From Bifidobacterium longum subsp. longum JCM 1217 (GTDB lineage Bacteria; Actinomycetota; Actinomycetes; Actinomycetales; Bifidobacteriaceae), in assembly GCF_000196555.1 (NCBI RefSeq), contig NC_015067.1, forward strand, positions 1,950,001 to 1,982,000: a stretch of DNA of 32,000 bases, written 5' to 3'. A program made the position numbers and the translations under genes. The notes beneath the pieces were generated by a model. That model did no database searches, was not told the origin of the DNA, and saw nothing but the letters and a program-made list of their open reading frames with translations. This document shows positions 7,152 to 14,664 of the stretch, piece after piece (the stretch's first letter is position 1; every line of letters starts with the position of its first letter).

Positions 7152-8078
7152 ATGACTATCACAGTATCCACAGATGGGTCCGCATTAGGGAATCCAAACG
7201 GGCCAATGGGCTGGGCCTGGGCCGATCATGAGCAGAACGCCGGCGGCAAGCCCGGCCATAAGCACGACGACCATGGTTATGATGCGGGCGGCGCGACCAA
7301 CGGCACCAATCAGATTGGTGAGCTGTGCGCAGTGCTGGAAGCTTTGCGAGCGCACCCGGGCCCTGAGCCATTGCTCATCGAATCGGATTCGCAGTACGCC
7401 ATCAATTGCTCGACCAAGTGGGTCAAAGGCTGGAAGAAGAACGGCTGGAAAAATTCGCAGAAAAAGCCTGTGAAGAACAAAGAGCTTATTCAGGCGATCG
7501 ACCGTGAGATCTCACAACGCCCTGGCCCGGTGGATTTCCGATGGGTCAAAGGTCACGCCGGCAACGAGGGCAATGAGTTGGTCGATGAACTGGCACGCAC
7601 CTATGCGGGCGATTGCCGTTCGGGTGCGCGCGACGGCTATCTACCGATTGAAGGCTGGCAGTCGCTGCTGGGCTCCGAATACGCACATGGCACCGATGTG
7701 CCTCCAGACGTGCAATTGGTATTGGACGGCAAAGCGGATGCGGCAAGTTTGCGCAAGCCGGCTGCGGCGACGGATCAGACGGATGCCGCAAGGCCGGAGA
7801 CCAAGTCTTCGTCACCCTTAGCGGCACAATCAACGCAACCTGTACAATCAACGCAACCTGTACAATCAACGCAACCTGTACAATCAACGCAACCTGTACC
7901 CCCCGCAAAGCCCAGCGGGCTGACGGTATCCGGTACGCTGACCTTCTCCCCCGCGCCGAAAACGAGCCCGTATTTCAACGGGCAGCCGATGCCGATCAAA
8001 GGCAGCATCGAAATCGAAGGCTATGTGGACGGCGACGGCAACCTGACCATCACCAACGCACCATTCGTACGACACTGA
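7152..8078 (+). CDS. rnhA: Ribonuclease HI with a ~150-aa C-terminal extension
   Basis: RNase H DEDD residues sit in TDGSALGNP, GELCAVLEAL, IESDSQY and GNELVDELA. ATG 7152 is preceded by GGTGGAG. The ORF-track start at 6984 adds an implausible 56-aa leader. Confidence 0.85.
   Translation: MTITVSTDGSALGNPNGPMGWAWADHEQNAGGKPGHKHDDHGYDAGGATNGTNQIGELCAVLEALRAHPGPEPLLIESDSQYAINCSTKWVKGWKKNGWKNSQKKPVKNKELIQAIDREISQRPGPVDFRWVKGHAGNEGNELVDELARTYAGDCRSGARDGYLPIEGWQSLLGSEYAHGTDVPPDVQLVLDGKADAASLRKPAAATDQTDAARPETKSSSPLAAQSTQPVQSTQPVQSTQPVQSTQPVPPAKPSGLTVSGTLTFSPAPKTSPYFNGQPMPIKGSIEIEGYVDGDGNLTITNAPFVRH
7827..7898 (+). repeat. Perfect 4 x 18-bp in-frame tandem repeat (CAATCAACGCAACCTGTA, encoding QSTQPV x4)
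   Basis: Four identical units counted directly at 7827, 7845, 7863 and 7881, inside the rnhA 3' extension. Confidence 0.95.
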
Positions 8079-8208
8079 CACCCAAACACACGAATATGTA
8101 CCGCAATCGGACACGATGACACAAAATCGCTCATTCGCGTTAGGATAGGAGATAAGGCTTCACGCCGTTGATCCATGCGGCGGAGGCAAGGATGGCAAAG
8201 GAGAAACC

Positions 8209-8907
8209 ATGGATAAGGCACAGCAGGATGCGCTGAAGAAGGCGGCCGGCATCGAAGCCGCCAAGCTCGTTGAAAACGGCATGATCGCAGGCCTCGGCAC
8301 TGGTTCGACCGTGAAGTTCCTGGTGGACGAGCTCGGCCGCCGTCATCAGGAGGAAGGTCTTGAGTTCACTGGCGTGACCACGTCTCGCCGCACGCAGGCC
8401 CAGGCCGAGAGCTACGGCATCAAGATCGTGGACATCGACGACGTGGACCACATCGACGTGACCATTGACGGCGCCGACGAAGTCGACAAGAACTTCAACG
8501 GCATCAAGGGCGGCGGCGCTGCTCTGCTGTGGGAGAAGATCGTGGCCACCAACTCCAACCAGATCGTGTGGATCGTGGACGAGTCCAAGGTTGTGGACAC
8601 CATCGGCAAGTTCCCGCTGCCGGTCGAGGTCATTCCGTTCGGTGCCGGCCAAGTCATCAAGAAGTTCGAGGCCCGCGGCTACAAGCCGGTGCTTCGTCTT
8701 GACGCCGACGGCAAGGAAGTGCGCACCGACGAGAACAACTTCGTGGTGGACCTGCACCTGGAGCGCATCGATCACCCGCAGGAGCTGGCCGAAGACCTCA
8801 TCAACACGGTCGGCGTGGTGGAGCACGGCCTGTTCCTCAACATGGTCGACAAGGTCATCGTCGGCGACCCGAACGGCCCGCGCGTGATGACCAACGCCAA
8901 CAAGTGA
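8209..8907 (+). CDS. rpiA: Ribose-5-phosphate isomerase A
   Basis: GLGTGSTVKFLVDELG, DGADEVD and KGGGAALLWEKIVA motifs. AAAGGAGA RBS upstream. Confidence 0.95.
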   Translation: MDKAQQDALKKAAGIEAAKLVENGMIAGLGTGSTVKFLVDELGRRHQEEGLEFTGVTTSRRTQAQAESYGIKIVDIDDVDHIDVTIDGADEVDKNFNGIKGGGAALLWEKIVATNSNQIVWIVDESKVVDTIGKFPLPVEVIPFGAGQVIKKFEARGYKPVLRLDADGKEVRTDENNFVVDLHLERIDHPQELAEDLINTVGVVEHGLFLNMVDKVIVGDPNGPRVMTNANK

Positions 8908-8933
8908 TCGTCTCACACCACTAAGCTTTTCCA

Positions 8934-8972
8934 AGCCCGCATCTGCACATCGCAGGTGCGGGCTTTACTGTT
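8934..8972 (+). terminator. Terminator of rpiA
   Basis: Stem AGCCCGCATCTGC / GCAGGTGCGGGCT (one G-U pair), loop ACATC, followed by TTACTGTT. Confidence 0.6.
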
Positions 8973-9002
8973 GCCCGAACAAGGCAAAGAGCCAAGCAAA
9001 AG

Positions 9003-9037
9003 AGAAACCCCGCGACCATAACGATCACGGGGTTTCT
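9003..9037 (-). terminator. Candidate terminator of the bS22 gene
   Basis: 10-bp stem AGAAACCCCG / CGGGGTTTCT. On the minus strand it is followed by CTTTTGCTT. Confidence 0.5.
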
Positions 9038-9059
9038 AATGCCTTGATTGCAGGTAAGA

Positions 9060-9149
9060 CTACTTACGCTGGTGGCGGGTCTTACGCAGCAGTTTGCGGT
9101 GCTTCTTCTTGCTCATCCGCTTGCGGCGCTTCTTGATGACAGAACCCAT
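9060..9149 (-). CDS. Small ribosomal subunit protein bS22 (actinobacterial 29-aa basic peptide)
   Basis: Manual translation gives MGSVIKKRRKRMSKKKHRKLLRKTRHQRK*. This is nearly identical at the N-terminus to the mycobacterial bS22 sequence as I recall it. A GGAGG RBS lies 7 nt upstream. The gene is too short for the ORF track. Confidence 0.8.
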   Translation of the reverse strand: MGSVIKKRRKRMSKKKHRKLLRKTRHQRK

Positions 9150-9262
9150 CTGAAGCCTCCATTTCGATTAATCGTAAAAGTTGCAACTCGCACCATAATA
9201 CACGTGTTGCCAGACAGAGGAAACCAGTATGTTGTCGATAGTCCGCATATGCCCTGAACGCA

Positions 9263-9299
9263 GTTGGGGCATCCACATCAGCAATGTGGATGCCCCAAC
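9263..9299. terminator. Perfect 16-bp stem hairpin downstream of the membrane-protein gene
   Basis: GTTGGGGCATCCACAT / ATGTGGATGCCCCAAC with loop CAGCA, 42 nt after the stop of 9341..9973. There is no U-tract. Confidence 0.5.
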
Positions 9300-9340
9300 G
9301 TTCATAAGTTTGTGCAGCAGCTGACAGCCGATACTAGATA

Positions 9341-9973
9341 CTACATCGGGAACTTCTGGTAGAAGCGATCGACCGCTTCCTTGGTGCCGGTAGCTTGGAA
9401 GACCACGGTATCGTTCTGCCAGATGGCAACGGCGTTCTTGCTGTTGGAGGCATCGGCCTTCACCACGTACGCGCCCGTGACGTTGCCGGAAACCTTGACG
9501 TTGCCGGATGCCGACTCATCGCCGGTCTGCGCAGCGACCAACGCATCGTACTGGGTCTTGGCATTGTCCGCCGACGACCACTGCGCGGCGACCAGCGTGA
9601 CATCCTTGGCGGCATCACCAGTGGAGTAGGTCAGAGTGTACTCCTCGAGCGGCGACGCGGAATTCCACGTCGTGGAGGCATCCGCCTTGGTACGCGCGTA
9701 ATTCAGCACGCTGCCCGGCATGGCCTTCAACAGCTCACTGGCATCATCCGGCAAAGCTGTGGCGTCGATGGTCGGCTTGGTCGGCTCGGATGATTCGGTT
9801 TTCTGCTGGCTGTTTTGGGTGGTAGTGGAGGTGCCATCATTCTTCTGGATGGCCCAACCCGGCCACACAAAGGCCGAAAGCACTGCCAGGATAATCACAA
9901 CAGCTGCGGCAACCACCACTGCAATCAACTTGCCATGGGATTGCGTGGTCGAGGAGTTCTCACTATTAGTCAT
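9341..9973 (-). CDS. Hypothetical single-pass membrane-anchored protein
   Basis: N-terminal TM helix (LIAVVVAAAVVIILAVLSAFVW), then a Thr/Ser/Gln-rich linker and a ~130-aa extracytoplasmic domain. I do not recognise the family. Confidence 0.7.
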   Translation of the reverse strand: MTNSENSSTTQSHGKLIAVVVAAAVVIILAVLSAFVWPGWAIQKNDGTSTTTQNSQQKTESSEPTKPTIDATALPDDASELLKAMPGSVLNYARTKADASTTWNSASPLEEYTLTYSTGDAAKDVTLVAAQWSSADNAKTQYDALVAAQTGDESASGNVKVSGNVTGAYVVKADASNSKNAVAIWQNDTVVFQATGTKEAVDRFYQKFPM

Positions 9974-10100
9974 GCCCCGATTCTCTCACAGCCGCGTGAC
10001 GCTAGGCGGCCGTAATTTTAGTCGTTGTGCGCAAGCCGCGTGAAACTCTTGTGAACGGTAAAAATTTACCGTCCGCTGGTGTTTGGGTTAGGGTGAGACC

Positions 10101-11639
10101 ATGGCGAAATCAAGTGTGCAGTATGTATGTTCCGAATGCGGTTGGAACGGGCCGAAGTGGTACGGCCGTTGCCCCGAGTGTGGTCAGTGGGGCACGGTCG
10201 AGGAATTTCACGAGGCTCGGCCGGCGGCAGGCTCTCGCACGGCCGCTCCCGGCCGAACATCACGCACGCAGTCGGTTACGGTTGCCAACAACGCCAGATC
10301 TGCAGCCCGTCCGATTACCGAAGTGGGCACGGAAAGCGTCGAGCGGCTCGGTACCGGGTTTTCCGAATTCGACCGTGTGCTCGGCGGTGGCGTGGTGCCG
10401 GGTTCAGTAACGCTGATAGCGGGCGAACCGGGTATCGGCAAGTCGACATTGCTGTTGCAGACGGCCGGCAATATCGCGCGCGTTGTGGCGGGAGACAGTA
10501 CGTTCCGAGGGGCAGGTCAGCGGTCTGCCCAACAGTCGGGCCGGGCGCAGGGCAACGCATCGAACACGGTGCCGATGCGGGGCAACGCATCATCAACACA
10601 CGCCAACACCGTGCTGTACATTTCCGGCGAGGAATCACAGGCGCAGGTTCGTTTGCGCGCTTCCCGCATCAATGCGGTGGAGCCGAACTTGTTACTGGCC
10701 TCCACCACCGACCTGTCCACAGTATTGGGGCTGATCGAACAGAACAAGCCGGCCTTGGCCATTGTGGATTCGGCGCAGACCATCGTCTCGCAGGAGGTCG
10801 ATGGCATTTCCGGCGGTTCGACTCAGGTGCGCGAAGTGGCAAGCGCGCTGATAGATACCGCTAAGACACTTGACATTCCAGTATTTCTGGTTGGTCATGT
10901 GACCAAGGATGGTTCGATTGCAGGCCCGCGCACATTGGAGCATCTGGTCGATGTGGTCTGCCAATTCGAAGGCGACAGCGAGACTGCGCTGAGAATGCTG
11001 CGAGCGGTGAAGAATCGTTTTGGCCCGACCGATGAAGTCGGCTGTTTCGACATGAGCGGTGAAGGCATCGAAGAGGTCACCGATCCCGCCGGATTGTTCC
11101 TGTCTGGAGACGGCCCTGATGCGGCCAACGCGGCACCCGTGGAAGGCACCTGCGTGACGTTCACATTGGATGGGCATCGCAGTCTGCCTATCGAAGTACA
11201 GGCTCTGGTCACCACGTCGGTGCTGCCCACACCCCGTCGTGCGGTCAATGGCGTGGACCCCAGCCGTATCGCCATGCTGGTCGCGGTGCTCTACCGTCAC
11301 AGCAAGCTCAACCTGCTGTCCAACGACCTGTATATCTCCACTATTGCCGGGGGCCAGGCCAAGGAGCCCGGTTCCGACTTGGCGATAGTGGCGGCACTGG
11401 CGAGCGCCGCCACGTCAAAACCCATTGCGCGAGCCACGTGCGCCATTGGTGAGATTTCCCTGACCGGTCAGGTGCGCCCGGTACCGCGTATGGAATATCG
11501 CCTTCGCGAGGCCGCACGCCTCGGCTTCACCACGGCGGTCATTCCGCCACTGCGCAAGCCGGTGCATGTCGAGGGACTTCAGCTGGTGGAGTCCAACACA
11601 TTGTCCGACGCATTAGACGCCTTGGGAGTGCGTAAATAG
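10101..11639 (+). CDS. radA: DNA repair protein RadA/Sms
   Basis: N-terminal zinc ribbon CSECGWNGPKWYGRCPECGQW, Walker A GEPGIGKST, the KNRFG motif and a Lon-like C-terminal domain. Confidence 0.95.
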   Translation: MAKSSVQYVCSECGWNGPKWYGRCPECGQWGTVEEFHEARPAAGSRTAAPGRTSRTQSVTVANNARSAARPITEVGTESVERLGTGFSEFDRVLGGGVVPGSVTLIAGEPGIGKSTLLLQTAGNIARVVAGDSTFRGAGQRSAQQSGRAQGNASNTVPMRGNASSTHANTVLYISGEESQAQVRLRASRINAVEPNLLLASTTDLSTVLGLIEQNKPALAIVDSAQTIVSQEVDGISGGSTQVREVASALIDTAKTLDIPVFLVGHVTKDGSIAGPRTLEHLVDVVCQFEGDSETALRMLRAVKNRFGPTDEVGCFDMSGEGIEEVTDPAGLFLSGDGPDAANAAPVEGTCVTFTLDGHRSLPIEVQALVTTSVLPTPRRAVNGVDPSRIAMLVAVLYRHSKLNLLSNDLYISTIAGGQAKEPGSDLAIVAALASAATSKPIARATCAIGEISLTGQVRPVPRMEYRLREAARLGFTTAVIPPLRKPVHVEGLQLVESNTLSDALDALGVRK

Positions 11640-11653
11640 CCCTGAGATATGCC

Positions 11654-12778
11654 TCAGGCGGTAAGACGCTTGGTCTCCTCGACGTTGCGCTTGAGTTCGT
11701 CGACGAGTTGGTCGGGGCCATCAAACTTGACCTGCGGGCGCAGGAAGCCGACGAATTCGACGCGAACCTTGTGGTCGTACAGGTCGATCCATTCTTCAGT
11801 GATGCAGTAGGCCTCCACCACACGTTCGTTGAGCCCTGTTTTCTCGCTGAAGGTGGGTTTGGTGCCAATGGAGATGGCGGCGGGCCAACGGTTTTCACCA
11901 TCTACCAGCCAACCGGCATAGACGCCGTCGACCGGAATGTAGCCTGCAATGTCGGAGCCAAGATTGGCGGTGGGGAATCCGATGGTGCGGCCACGCTCCT
12001 CACCGTGCACCACTTCGCCCTCGATGGAGTGCGGAGCACCCAGAATGGCGTTGGCGTCCTGGATTCGGCCATGAGCCAGCAGGTAGCGCACATTGGTGGA
12101 GCTCCATGCGCGCATTGCCTTGGCCTGGTTCTTCTTGCTCCATGCGCGGCGCTCGGCCTTGGTGGCATTGGCCAGCGGGTCGACGGGCTCTCCCCATTCG
12201 CTCGGGGCTTCCGGCTTGAAATCGCGCGGAATACGCACTTCACCCGGGCCACGGTCATCGACCACATCAAGTTCGAATACACCGGTGGCGGCGGCAAGAT
12301 TGGCGATATGCTTCACATCACCTTCTCGACCCTTGCCCATGGCGGCATCCTGCCCAAGGACCAACGTGCGCATACCCAGCTTGCCGGTGAGTCGGCCAAG
12401 GAAGAAAATGTATGACATAGCTGCGAAGGCCAGCGTGTAGTGCACCACCAGCACGTGGTCCACGCCGAACTGTTCCATGCGGTGCAGTCGATCATCCACA
12501 CTGGTCAAGGCTTCGGCATCCACGTTCTGCACCGCGGGTTCTTCGCCATGGTGCGAGATGACCCAGCCGTGCACGAATGCGGGGCGCGGATCAAACAGAA
12601 TCACCACGGAAAAAGCATCATGCTGGTGCGCGAGTTCCACCACACGCTTGATCACCGCCTGATGACCCAAGTGCATGCCATCAAATGCGCCCAATGTCAC
12701 CACGGCCTTCTTATCGTTACTGAACGAGGGCCATTCAATCGAACCTTCGGCGTCAGGGGTCAGGTGCGTGATATCCAT
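11654..12778 (-). CDS. ribF: Bifunctional riboflavin kinase / FMN adenylyltransferase
   Basis: GAFDGMHLGHQAVI (adenylyltransferase domain) and VVHGEERGRTIGFPTANL (kinase domain). It appears longer than typical RibF because of an internal insertion. Confidence 0.95.
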   Translation of the reverse strand: MDITHLTPDAEGSIEWPSFSNDKKAVVTLGAFDGMHLGHQAVIKRVVELAHQHDAFSVVILFDPRPAFVHGWVISHHGEEPAVQNVDAEALTSVDDRLHRMEQFGVDHVLVVHYTLAFAAMSYIFFLGRLTGKLGMRTLVLGQDAAMGKGREGDVKHIANLAAATGVFELDVVDDRGPGEVRIPRDFKPEAPSEWGEPVDPLANATKAERRAWSKKNQAKAMRAWSSTNVRYLLAHGRIQDANAILGAPHSIEGEVVHGEERGRTIGFPTANLGSDIAGYIPVDGVYAGWLVDGENRWPAAISIGTKPTFSEKTGLNERVVEAYCITEEWIDLYDHKVRVEFVGFLRPQVKFDGPDQLVDELKRNVEETKRLTA

Positions 12779-12875
12779 CAGTGTGCTGTTCCTTTTATCC
12801 GTGCGATGTTATTCATGCAATATAGACGTTGTTGTGCGCGGCCTGTATCAAGCTGCACTTTTCACCGCGTCTACT

Positions 12876-14039
12876 TTACGCGAGGGGGAATACGGTGACC
12901 GGCTTGGCCTGATGAGCGTTTGCACGCTCGATAATCGCCGCCACATCATGCGTTTGCGGCACAATGGCGGCAGTGGGCTCGCTGATTGTACGCTCAATAC
13001 GGCGGCCGAAGCGTAATTCGCTGGCCTCCTCAGGAGTGATGTCAAGCGCCGGCATCGCACCTCGAGCGGCCTGTTCCATGGTAAGGGCATGGTCAAGCAG
13101 CCAGTTGCGGCGCTCGTCACCGGCAAGACCTTCAGGAGTGTCCAATACGCACTTGTTGCGCGTGACGGTTTGCCCTTCCCGATTAGTGAACGTCTTCTGA
13201 TCGGTATGTGCGGTGACGGTATGGGTTCGCGTGTCAAGCATCGCCTCAGGAGCGATAAGTCCGCTGGCATCGTCCGGCAACGCGAATCGGCCGACTCGCG
13301 TACGGCGCAAACGGGTCAGGTATCCGCCGACGCCAAGTTCTTTGCCGAGATCGCGGGCGAGCGCGCGGATATAGGTGCCCGATGAACAGCTGATCCGCAC
13401 GTCAACATCAAGTGCGGGAATCGCTCCCGTGTTCGCGTCTTCCCGCAATGGTTCAGCGGCCTGCTCCCCTGCTACGAATCCGCTGCGGATATCCAGCACG
13501 GTGAATTCGCTGATGGTGACCGGGCGGGGTTTGAGTTCCACATCCTTGCCTTCGCGAGCCAAGTCGTAGGCACGCTGGCCGTTGATTTTGATGGCGGAGA
13601 ACGTATTGGGGACTTGTTCGATATCGCCGGTGAAATTGGTGGCGATGGTGCGTGTGAGCAGGTCTTGCCATGAGGCAGTTGGTAACGCCGTTGGTTCGCC
13701 GCTCTGGCCACCCTCAGTCAGCTGCGCTGATAGCGTTTGCCAGCGGGAGCGGGCTTCGTCATCGACAAGCACCTCGCCTTCGGCATCGTCGGTAGTGGTG
13801 CGCAGGCCGAGGCGTATGGTAGCCTCGTAGGTTTTGTCATGCGCCACGATGGCGTTGAGCAGTCGTGTGGCGTGGCCGAAGGCGATGACCAGCGTGCCAG
13901 TGGCCATGGGGTCAAGGGTGCCGGCGTGACCGACCTTCTTGATGTGCAACGCGCCGCGCACGGCGGCGACGGCGTCGAAACTGGTCACGCCTTGCGGCTT
14001 GTCGATGATGAGCAGACCGCTGGGGGTTGTATGAAGCAC
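12876..14039 (-). CDS. truB: tRNA pseudouridine(55) synthase
   Basis: LLIIDKPQGVTSFD and HAGTLDPMATG motifs. The GTG at 14039 lies 1 nt after the rbfA stop. The ORF-track start at 14213 would overlap rbfA by 173 nt. Confidence 0.9.
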   Translation of the reverse strand: MLHTTPSGLLIIDKPQGVTSFDAVAAVRGALHIKKVGHAGTLDPMATGTLVIAFGHATRLLNAIVAHDKTYEATIRLGLRTTTDDAEGEVLVDDEARSRWQTLSAQLTEGGQSGEPTALPTASWQDLLTRTIATNFTGDIEQVPNTFSAIKINGQRAYDLAREGKDVELKPRPVTISEFTVLDIRSGFVAGEQAAEPLREDANTGAIPALDVDVRISCSSGTYIRALARDLGKELGVGGYLTRLRRTRVGRFALPDDASGLIAPEAMLDTRTHTVTAHTDQKTFTNREGQTVTRNKCVLDTPEGLAGDERRNWLLDHALTMEQAARGAMPALDITPEEASELRFGRRIERTISEPTAAIVPQTHDVAAIIERANAHQAKPVTVFPLA

Positions 14040-14040
14040 A

Positions 14041-14514
14041 CTACTCCTCGTCAGAGTCGTCTTCGAAGTCGTCGCTGGGCTCGTCGTCATGCTTGTACGG
14101 ATCGGCGTCGCCGGCGTACTGGGCGGTGGCGCGAGCACGGGCGAGTTCTTCGTCACGCTTCTTGGCCACGGCGAGAATGTCTTCGATCTCGTGAGCCTCG
14201 CCGGGCACTTCATCGAACACGAATTGGAGCTGCGGAGTCAGACGCAGGCCAGCCTTGTGGCCCACCAGAGAACGCAGGTGGCCCTTGGCCTGATCGAGTG
14301 CCTGCTGGGCGCGCTTGCGTTCGCCTTCCTCGTGGCCTTCGTGGCCGAGCTGGGTCCAGTAGACCTTGGCGATCTGCAAATCGTTGGTCACACGAACTTC
14401 GGTGACGGTGATGCTGGCGAGTCGCTTGTCATGCAGTTCGCGCTCAATGGAGGAGGCGACGACACGCTGAATCAAGGCCGCAATACGTGCGGCGCGCGGG
14501 TTGGTTCCTGCCAT
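14041..14514 (-). CDS. rbfA: Ribosome-binding factor A
   Basis: RIAALIQRVVASSIERELHDKRL ... ITVTEVRVTNDLQIAKVYW is typical RbfA, here with an acidic C-terminal tail. Confidence 0.95.
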   Translation of the reverse strand: MAGTNPRAARIAALIQRVVASSIERELHDKRLASITVTEVRVTNDLQIAKVYWTQLGHEGHEEGERKRAQQALDQAKGHLRSLVGHKAGLRLTPQLQFVFDEVPGEAHEIEDILAVAKKRDEELARARATAQYAGDADPYKHDDEPSDDFEDDSDEE

Positions 14515-14534
14515 AGGAATTTCCTTTTCTAGAC

Positions 14535-14658
14535 TTGAGCCCCCTCTGACGAGGGGCTGCCGAACGCAGTGAGGCTGGGGGAGAGAAAATCATGGAACTA
14601 CCATGTCTCTCCCCCAGTCAGTCTGCGGCTGACAGCCCCCTCGTCAGAGGGGGCTTAA
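14535..14658. repeat. 124-bp nested palindromic (REP/MITE-like) element filling the infB-rbfA spacer
   Basis: The ~50-nt arms (14538-14586 and 14606-14655) are roughly 80% complementary by manual alignment. Each arm also has its own hairpin (AGCCCCCTC-GTCA-GAGGGGGCT at 14634-14655). A central hairpin CTGGGGGAGAGA / TCTCTCCCCCAG lies at 14575-14617. Confidence 0.8.
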
Positions 14659-14664
14659 CAATGA

